From NCBI GenBank assembly GCA_951406725.2, contig OX597821.1, positions 59,024,001-59,088,000 of the forward strand: a DNA stretch of 64,000 bases, in the 5' to 3' direction. The notes beneath the pieces were generated by a model. It made no database searches, had not been told where the DNA came from, and was given only the letters and a program-made list of their open reading frames with translations. The number at the start of each line of letters is the position of its first letter. Position 1 is the stretch's first letter. Source of the stretch: Octopus vulgaris. Its lineage: Eukaryota. The position numbers and the translations under genes are program-made. Positions 55,651-64,000 of the stretch are shown one piece after another.

Positions 55651-56228
55651 TATAAAGCTGAAATATTCAACATTTTAACTTATGTTATATCTCTCAAAAT
55701 TGGTAAATTCTTATGAAGTAAACAACATGCAATTTCACTGGTAAGAACAGGCTTCTAAAATGGATGAAGAATTTTAAAAGATTGCTTTAGTATGATGGTA
55801 AAATGTCTGTCATTTACAGAAGATATCAAGTCCCACAAGCAGCCTTTGATTTTTTTTCTATCCAAGGGGCTTCAATATATTTATACTATTATCTACAGCT
55901 TTATCTACTTAAAGTTCCCTTCTTAAAAATTATTTATTTCACATCTGTCAAAGTTTCTATATTCTTATGATGTAAACAATATACAATTTTTGTTGGTAAG
56001 AACAAAGCTTCTGAAATAGATGGAAAAAATTCAAAGAATTGCTTTGGTTTCATGGTAGTGCACCTGTCATGTTTATGGAAGATGTAAGTTTGGTTCCCAG
56101 CTGCATCCTTCAACTTTTCCACCCAGGACTTTTTTTTAACCAATTTATCTACATGCTATTATTTATAGCATTATCTGCTTCAAGTTACACCATTAAAACT
56201 GATTATTTTTATTTTATATTTTTTTCAG

Positions 56229-56290
56229 TGCAACGGTTTCCAAAGAAGTGCAATGTCTTCTGTCACCTTCCATAGAAGACGAAGACAATT
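56229..56290 (+). CDS. CAP-Gly domain protein exon (ATVSKEVQCLLSPSIEDEDN)
   Basis: TTTTTCAG acceptor and T|GTAAGT donor; phase 2 to 1, consistent with both neighbours. Confidence 0.8.
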
Positions 56291-57085
56291 GTAAGTTGTT
56301 GAAACACTTCTGTTTTCCTCACTCAACACATCTATATTTCCTTTGTTATTAGCATAAACTAACATAAAATTTAGATAAAGTATGATCATGGTATCTTGTA
56401 ATATTTAACTGATCTGTAAATTTCACGTTGATGTTGCAATTTCTTGCTTTAAGTTCTTATAGGAAGAATTTGATATAAAACTCTTTCAACACAGCAACAT
56501 AGATATCATGCTATGAAACGTGGTTATGTCAAGTCATATCTAATATGTTTGTGTATGAAAGACCATACAATGCATGAGTTGTCTTGAGAGAAAAAAATTT
56601 TCCTTTAGGACAATATGGGTGTAAACACACCACTGGACCATGAATGACGTCACCAGACTGTAGGACAATAAGGTAAATGAGAGCTGGTCACACTTAATAG
56701 CAAATGCTACATTTACTGATGTGCAGAAAGCTTTGTCCAGCTGGAATATATTATCAATCAGAGGTGCACTGGGCTGCATTGAAGGAAATACATTCAGACA
56801 TTTCAAATGTGACTGCACATAATTATATTTCATCCAACACTGCTTAGTACACTTCTAATTAATTCATTCCAGCTAAACAAAGCTTTGTAACTCTTAAACA
56901 AGCAATATGGAGATAGTTTTAAGTGTACTAATTATAGCAATTTGGTCTGTTTGGGACATTATTGTTATTTCTACCTGAGTGAAATAGTAAATGAAATTCA
57001 AATTTAAAAAGGCTTATCTTCCATTGTACTTGATTTTTTTGTTATTGTTTGACTTATGATTCATAATTTTCTTTATTAATTTCAG

Positions 57086-57174
57086 ATAGTCAATCAAGTC
57101 AAAAGTTAGCTGAAAATCTTGCTGAGGCTTTACAAGAAATTGAAATATTAAAAAGAAAGATAAAAGAATTAGAA
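57086..57174 (+). CDS. CAP-Gly domain protein exon, coiled coil (SQSSQKLAENLAEALQEIEILKRKIKELE)
   Basis: TTTCAG acceptor and GAA|GTAAGT donor; phase 1 to 0; heptad pattern. Not in the ORF track. Confidence 0.85.
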
Positions 57175-57620
57175 GTAAGTTTGCTTGTTTGAAACTCCTG
57201 TTATTATCGATGCCCGACCCCCAACCCCCTTGGTATGATAGCACCATTATTGTTATCACTTACAGAAGGTTGTCTTTAAATTGATCACTGACCAGTGATG
57301 GTCAAGGTTTTAGGTACAGGAGTGGATGTAGTTAAAAAGCTTGCTTTGCAACCTTGTGGATTCAGGTTCAGTTCCACTACATGGCACCTTGGCTAAATGT
57401 CTTCTACTATAGCCTGAAGCCGACCAATACCTTGTGAGTGAATTTGGTTGATGGAAATTGTGTGGAAGCCTGCTGTATATCATCATCATTGTTTAACGTC
57501 TGCTTTCCATGCCGGCATGGGTTGGACTGTTTGACATGGAGCTAGCTAGCTGGGAGCTGTCCAGACTCTGTCTGTTGTGGCATGGTTTCTACGGCTGAAT
57601 GCCTTATATATATGTATATG

Positions 57621-57903
57621 TGGAGGCGCAATGGCCCAGTGGCGCAGTCATAGGATCGTGGTTTCGATTCCCAGATCGGGCGTTGTGAGTGTTTATTGAG
57701 CGAAAACACCTAAAGCTCCAAGAGGCTCTGGCAGGGTGTGGTGCCGATCCCTGTTGTACTCTTTCGCCACAACTTTCTCTCACTCTTTCTTCTGTTGGCC
57801 TGCTCGTTTAGCCAGCGGAGTGGTGTCATCTGAAGGCTAAAACAGTGTGAAGCGCATTGTTACCAGCGATGTGTAGCAACATCTGATAGCCTGGTCAGTC
57901 ATG

Positions 57904-57908
<5 letters not shown>
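57621..57908 (+). mobile_element. tRNA-derived SINE family D
   Basis: GGAGGCGCAATGGCCCAGTGG...GGTTTCGATTCCC head; homologous to the minus copy at about 41600-41772. Confidence 0.7.
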
Positions 57909-57939
<31 letters not shown>

Positions 57940-58232
57940 ATGTGTGTGTCTGATTTTTGTTTGTGTTTGTCCTCCCACCACCACTTGACAACTGGTATTG
58001 GTTTGTAAACTTAGCAGTTTGGTAAAGGAGACTGAAAGAATAGCCACCAAACCTTAAAAGAAGTACTAGAGTGGGGTCAATTTGTTCAATTAAATCCTTT
58101 GAAGTCATGCTCCAGCATGGCCACAGTCTAATGAACGAAACAAGTAAAAATAAAAAGAAAGGGAAAAGAAGAGTTTTATTTGTTGCAAGCTTAATAACGT
58201 CCTCTGCCATTTGCATTTGTATCTCTCTCCAG

Positions 58233-58474
58233 ACGAATCAACTCTCATCTCAACCAGCAGAGCAGCCTTCATTTATCACCTCACCACCGCCAGCTGCTGT
58301 CCAAATTGTACAACCCATTCCCAGTATGTCAATTCCCATCAAAGATTCTCAGGAGGAGCCTGATGTGATGATTGTCAAAGGAAGAGTAAAAGAACAAGTG
58401 AAGATTTTTGGACGTCAGTGCTCTCCTTTGCAATCTCAGCAAGATTTGACTTCCACCCCAAGTTTGGTAAATGG
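58233..58474 (+). CDS. CAP-Gly domain protein exon (TNQLSSQPAEQ...PSLVN)
   Basis: CTCTCTCCAG acceptor and GG|GTAAGT donor; phase 0 to 2. Confidence 0.85.
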
Positions 58475-58716
58475 GTAAGTGATAAAACTTAAAGAGATGT
58501 TGATGATAATAATAATAATAATAATAAATAATAATAAGAGCATTATTGCTGTGAAAACAACATCCATTCATGAATTTATTTATTTATTAATTTTTTAAAT
58601 ATATATTTTATCTGCGAATTTGCGTGTGTAATCTGGGAATGCTTACAATGAGCTTCTCTGCCCTAGGTGTATGGAAAACACTCATTGAGAAACGGAAGAA
58701 AATTTGAAGAAAGAAG

Positions 58717-58748
<32 letters not shown>

Positions 58749-58764
58749 GTAATAGTAATAATAA

Positions 58765-58970
58765 TTTTGTCACAAGGGCAACCATTTTGGGGAGGGTATG
58801 AGTCAATTTCATAAACCACCCCAGTGTTTCACTGGTACTTAATTTATCGACCCCGAAAAGATGAGAGGCAAAGTTGACCTTGGCGGAATTTGAACTCATA
58901 ACATAGCGACAGGCTAAATACTGCTAAGCATTTCGTCCAGCACACTAACGATTCTACCTGCTCACCACTT
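58765..58970 (-). mobile_element. SINE family B embedded in (TAA)n
   Basis: Reverse complement of the family B body, with (AAT)n on both sides. Confidence 0.8.
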
Positions 58971-60005
58971 TAATAATAATAATAATAATAGTAATAATAA
59001 TAATAATAATAATAGTAATAGTAATAATAATAATGATAATGATAGTAGTAGTAGTAATTGTGATAAAGATATAATGAAAAGTAAGAAGGGATTCTAGCTT
59101 TTAACATCTCCAGAATCCTGGTCCAAAATTCCCAAAATTAGATTAAAATATTTATATCACTAAATAATTTATGTTGTTAGTTACCTTTAAAATAGTATCT
59201 CATGTTCTAGAATTTTCATGAGAGATTATCTTTTATCATTAAACTCTTGTTCTATAGTCAATTTTTAACCATGATCACTAACCCCTAGACATTAATATCT
59301 CAGGCTCTAGGACTCTTAGAGCTGGTTACCCAGTTTCCATGATGCATAATTTACCAATATCACTACATTCCTCCAAAAGGGACACTAGTATGTCCCTGGG
59401 TTGTTACTTATTTACAGTTGAGTAGACTGGAGTAATGCTAAATGAAGTGTTTTACTCAAGAATATAATGCACCACTTGGTTCAGGAATTGAAACCTCAAT
59501 CTTGCTATTGTGAGTGCAACATCATAACCACCCTGCCACATGTCTTCACTTTTAAGGGTTACTTAATATGTTAACCATCATCTGTACTGCTTGTGGTTCA
59601 TCACAAACTTCACATAGCCACCATATTCACCACCAGTGATAAATTTTCATAATTTGAGAAAATATTTTATCTTCTATCTTCAGCATGGCTTCAAGGATAT
59701 TTAAATAACATGAATGCTAAATGTTAAAGTCTATTTATGAAATAATTGTAAAACTGCCAAAAGATTGCATTTCCTTATAATTAAACAGTATGCTGTATGA
59801 CTGCACAAAATGCATGGTGACACTGGAAGGTTCCAGTAACAGGCTATGGCAGTTAACGTGTTAAAAACCCAGTTTTAAACTGATATCCCTAACACCATGA
59901 ATAAGCGGCAATGATGCTAAAAAAAAAAGTGTATTCCGAAGGGAGGTAACCTGCAGACAGGCTTGCATCTTTTACTTATTTTTCAATTATTTTGTTGTAT
60001 TTTAG

Positions 60006-60170
60006 ATCTCGAAAAGTTTGCCCTGCTGTTCCTAAGAAACCAGTGCGGAATCCATTTGCTTGTCCTTTGCCATTATGTAAATGTGAGTCTTGTATGCAGG
60101 CAGTTGCAACTGCTGGTTCTGATGGAAGATTGCCTACAACAGATCAACTGATTCGGTCCTACCCTGTGAG
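60006..60170 (+). CDS. CAP-Gly domain protein exon (SRKVCPAVPKKP...CPLPLCKCESC...SYPV)
   Basis: TTTTAG acceptor and AG|GTAGGT donor; phase 2 to 2. Confidence 0.85.
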
Positions 60171-60191
60171 GTAGGTTCATAATAAATGTAT

Positions 60192-60261
<70 letters not shown>

Positions 60262-61116
60262 GACGGTGACGGCGACGGCGCAGAACAATGAAACCCAGAT
60301 GTAATTGGTTCTGACTTCAATTATCCATTATTTTATCACCCATTACAATTATAGTAAACCAGACTCTTGTTGCTGAATATGCAATTAGAAACTCATCCTA
60401 TAAACAGAATCATCTTTGAATAGTTTTATTGTTGAAGTTTTAATTTATTCTCCTCTTTATGTTATTCTACGAAAATCTTGAAATGAAAAAGTCCAAAAAA
60501 TATGATTGGTTTTTTTTTTCTTTTGTCTATTTTTGGCATTTCACAACACCAGGTGTGACATTTTCCAATGAATTGTATGAAAATAAAATATTTTATCCCT
60601 TACATGCCATAGAAATAGTATTAAATTAAAATTTCCATCTGTATATCATACTTAATGTATATACACCATTGAAAGGCAAATTCACTGCAGTATTTTTCCA
60701 GAAATAACATGTTAAAGATGTACTTTGTTTAAAAACAATACATACTGGAGAGGGAGACGAAAATTGACGCCAAATGCATTTTTGGCCACAGTGAGCTTTG
60801 TTGATGGCATTTACTCACAGCCAGCTGCATGCTAAAATGAGGTTTGTTGCCTCTGATATATAGGAAAACAGGGAAAAAACATTCACTAGTATTGCAGGGC
60901 CAAAATGCATCTAACATTGTTGTTTGCTGCTGCTGAAATGATTTGCATCTGCCTCCATCATATATTGTGTTTATACAAACAGTACGTCCATAAAAGATGT
61001 TATTTCTGCACAAATACTGCAGCAAATTTGCCTATTGAGATGTATTTACATTAAATAAGATATATAAATGACTCTTTCAAATTATTTTTAAAATTTTCTT
61101 TTTTCTTTTTTTTCAG

Positions 61117-61253
61117 TCCAACGCTACATGTCCGATTAAATGACCATATTATGGTACGTGGAAACCGGACAGGACATATCCGTTACATTGGTCATCTTGA
61201 TAAGATGGATTCAGCAAATACAGTGTTTATTGGTTTGGAACTTGATGCCCCAG
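61117..61253 (+). CDS. CAP-Gly domain, N-half exon (LNDHIMVRGNRTGHIRYIG...VFIGLELDAP)
   Basis: Strong polypyrimidine acceptor and CAG|GTAAAA donor; phase 2 to 1. Matches the CAP-Gly G.(V/I)R(Y/F).G....(W/F).G(V/L)ELD.P pattern. Confidence 0.92.
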
Positions 61254-62191
61254 GTAAAAGCTTTGCTCTTTTCTACCCCTTCTCTACTCTCAAAAGACTA
61301 GTTTGTGTGTGAGAGAGAGAGAGAGTTGGGTGTAGGCATGGCAGTCAGATTAAAAACTGCTTTACAACCACATAGTGATAAATTGGCAGTGTTTGTGGAA
61401 CATCAGACAAAATGCTTTGCAGGATTTATTCCAGCTGCTTTTTATATTCTGAATTCAAAACCTTCTGAAGCCAACTTCCAGAGCCAACAAATAATGTACT
61501 TGTCTTGAGCAGGGCCACCACAAAGTCTAGTTATTGTTGTGGTATGGTGGTTTGTGTGTCTTAAAGACCTTGAGAGTTTATGCCAGTAAAGTACAAGCTC
61601 CTGATAGAGCCTCCCATCTTCCATGTTGGACAGGTCAAAGTATAGTGGCCAGACTAATATTGACCACCTCTTCTCTAGCTGACACTCCTACTGAGAAGAA
61701 AAGAAAAGTTTCAAACACAACAACAATTGAAAAGTTGGGAGAAGAAGGCCTTCCTTTGAGGAAGACAGAATCATGAGTCAGAGCTGAAAAGGCTGGGAAC
61801 TGGAGAGAAACATAAAAGACAGCCCTGAGCTGAGAACAATAGCAAAATATTGTTGAGCAAAGGGGTTTACTCTTGTGGTATTTCCTCCAGCTATTTGTGT
61901 TCTGAGTTCAAATCCCACTCTGGCTCACTTCGGAGGGTTTAATCTGTCACTTGGTTTTATCACCCCCACTTAACATCTTGGATACCTTTAATAGAGTTTG
62001 CTCTGCTGCAAACATTGATGCCAAATTTTATAGTCTGGGAATACTACTTTCCTTCCTCTCACCCACCCCCATCATTCTCAGAGACCTTGAAACAAAAACC
62101 CATGGGTATTGTCATTCTCTCCTGATTAAACAATATAAAATAAATCAGTTACAGGTTCAATCCCATTGCATAGCACCTTTGCTAAGTGTCT

Positions 62192-62458
62192 TCTGTCAGT
62201 ATATAAGAGTTCCCACAGACAGCCAGTCTTAAACTCCTCTGTGATGGCCTGCAGGACTACAATAAATAAGAGAGGACTGAGAACTGCACCTTGATGGATT
62301 CCTACCTTCACACTAAATTCATTTGCTGATTCTCACTTTACTTGTGGCATCCTTATACACGGCTTGTACAACCCTCACAAGCCAGTCTTCGACACTTAGT
62401 TTCCTCAGTGATGAGCAAATTTCTGAACATTGTACCTCGTCAAATGCTTTCTCTACGG
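62192..62458 (-). mobile_element. RTE-clade LINE reverse transcriptase fragment
   Basis: EKAFD..LRKLSVEDWLVRVVQAVYKDATSKVR, then VGIHQGAVLSPLLFIVVLQAITEEFKTGCLWELLYTD; frameshifted. Confidence 0.85.
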
Positions 62459-62800
62459 AAGTTGTACAAATGCTAGCATTGTGTGTGTGTGTGCACATGT
62501 ATGTTTGTGTCATTTTAAAAGACATGTAGTTCATAAAAAAGATATAACACTGCAAAAGAATGAAGCTCAGGTAAACTTAACCATTTAGTATATATAAAGA
62601 TGAATAAAATATATACGAGAAAAATTACTTAGAGCAATATAACTGACTGAAAAAGAAGAGAAATCTGTGGTGGCAGTGCTCCAGCATGGGGCATAGAAAC
62701 CAGTAGAAGCATATCAGTTCATAAAGTAAATTCTCTACCAATATATTTTGAATTTCATTCTGTTCAATGTCCCCATAATCTTTCTCTTTTTTTTTTCCAG

Positions 62801-62904
62801 TTGGGGTCAACGACGGCTTTTTCAGTGGAAAAAGATACTTTGAATGTCTAAAAGATTATGGTATGTTTGTCACCTTCAATGAGGTTGTTTGCTTGGTTAA
62901 AAAG
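62801..62904 (+). CDS. CAP-Gly domain, C-half exon (GVNDGFFSGKRYFECLKDYGMFV...VKK); gene continues beyond the window
   Basis: TTTTTTCCAG acceptor and AAG|GTAATT donor; phase 1 to 0. GxNDG..G.RYF.C...G.FV is the CAP-Gly signature. Confidence 0.92.
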
Positions 62905-64000
62905 GTAATTTGTCACAAGGTGGCTGCTGCTGCTGTTATATTCTTCTTTCTTTTCACTGTTTTCTTTCATTTACTCATTGTTTTCACTCCTCTCCCTAAG
63001 TGCCTCTCATTTATGGACCCATTGTATATCATCATCATCATTTAACAACAGTTTCCATGTTGGCATGGGTTGAACAGTGTGACAGGGCCTGGCAAGACCA
63101 GGAGCTGTGCCAGGTTTCATTGCCTGTTTTGGCATGGTCTCTACAGCTGAATGCTATTCCTCATGCCAACCACCTTACAAAGTTACCAGGTGCTTTTTAT
63201 GTGGTAACAGCACAGGTGCTCCTTATGTGGTACCAGCACAGTTGCTTTTTACATGGCACCAGCATAGCTGTTTTTTATGTGGCACAAGCTCACAAAACAA
63301 GGATCTCTCAGCTGAGAAAGTGAGAGGAGTGGGAGAAATTATAAAAACAGTTTGTCAATGATTCTCTGTTACACCTCTTCCAAATATGTAATACATTCCC
63401 AGATGTGTGGCTGTGTGGTTGGGTAGTTTGTTTCCCACCATGTGATCTCAAGTTTAGTCCCACTGTGTGGCACCTTGGACAAGTGTCTTTTACTATAGCC
63501 TTGGACCAACCAAAGTTTTGAGTAAATTTGGTAGATGGAAACTGAAAGAAGCCTAATGTGTGTGTGTACTCTTGTCTTGGCATCTTGCAATGATTGTAAA
63601 CAACCATCACCATCATACAAGCGATGTCGCTTGTTTTCAGTCTCCTGTGAGAAACATGTCTGGCAATATTCTGCAAAAACATATCAGGCTATAGGGAAAT
63701 ATTACCTTGCTTGGAGACAGGTGACGATTGGCAACAGGAAGAGAATATGGCTGTAGAAAATCTACCTAAAAAAATTCCATTTCACTGATGCAAGCAAGCA
63801 TGAAAAGTGAACATTAAAATGATGATCACACACACACACACAGCTACCTAAGTACCTAAAACACATATGTTCTTAAATTTCTTTATATTTAATGAAAATA
63901 CAGTTTGAAATAGTTTCATGGGTTCAATTACTATACCAATTACACTGATTCCCTCTGTAAAAATATCATTCTATCATTCTTCTTACTCTGCCATTGATTT

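Noticed and set aside
58258-58474. Alternative downstream acceptor needed to fix the reading phase after exon 56229-56290
   Set aside because: The exon at 57086-57174 restores phase 0, so the strong acceptor at 58232 suffices.
63190-63295. Four ~25 bp tandem units (TTTATGTGGCACCAGCACAG-like), superficially array-like
   Set aside because: No unique spacers and a eukaryotic context. It is a local expansion inside a common dispersed repeat, not CRISPR.

Overview
AT-rich, repeat-dense eukaryotic genomic DNA. The SINE families and (TA/CA/TAA/CAT)n microsatellite load look like an octopus/cephalopod genome (inference). The right half holds a + strand multi-exon gene. Eight exons (46104-62904) join in consistent reading phase through GT-AG introns and encode coiled-coil and Ser/Pro-rich segments plus a CAP-Gly domain. 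The gene runs off the window and may start at a CpG-richer region near 34.2 kb. The rest is mobile DNA: many tRNA-derived SINEs, four TTAA-flanked piggyBac-type MITEs, a deleted DD37D (maT) Tc1/mariner element, Helitron/HINE-like elements, and dead R4/Dong, RTE, CR1-like and Penelope retroelement fragments. The most notable hidden signal is a set of six dispersed hammerhead-ribozyme-like folds (CUGAnGA...GAAA...UH). Most lie at the 3' ends of Penelope-like remnants next to (TA)n tracts, and one nearly intact type I hammerhead sits at 40753-40813. Several RFX X-box-like motifs are also present. No rRNA, true tRNA or CRISPR array was seen. Repeat boundaries are read by eye and are approximate.
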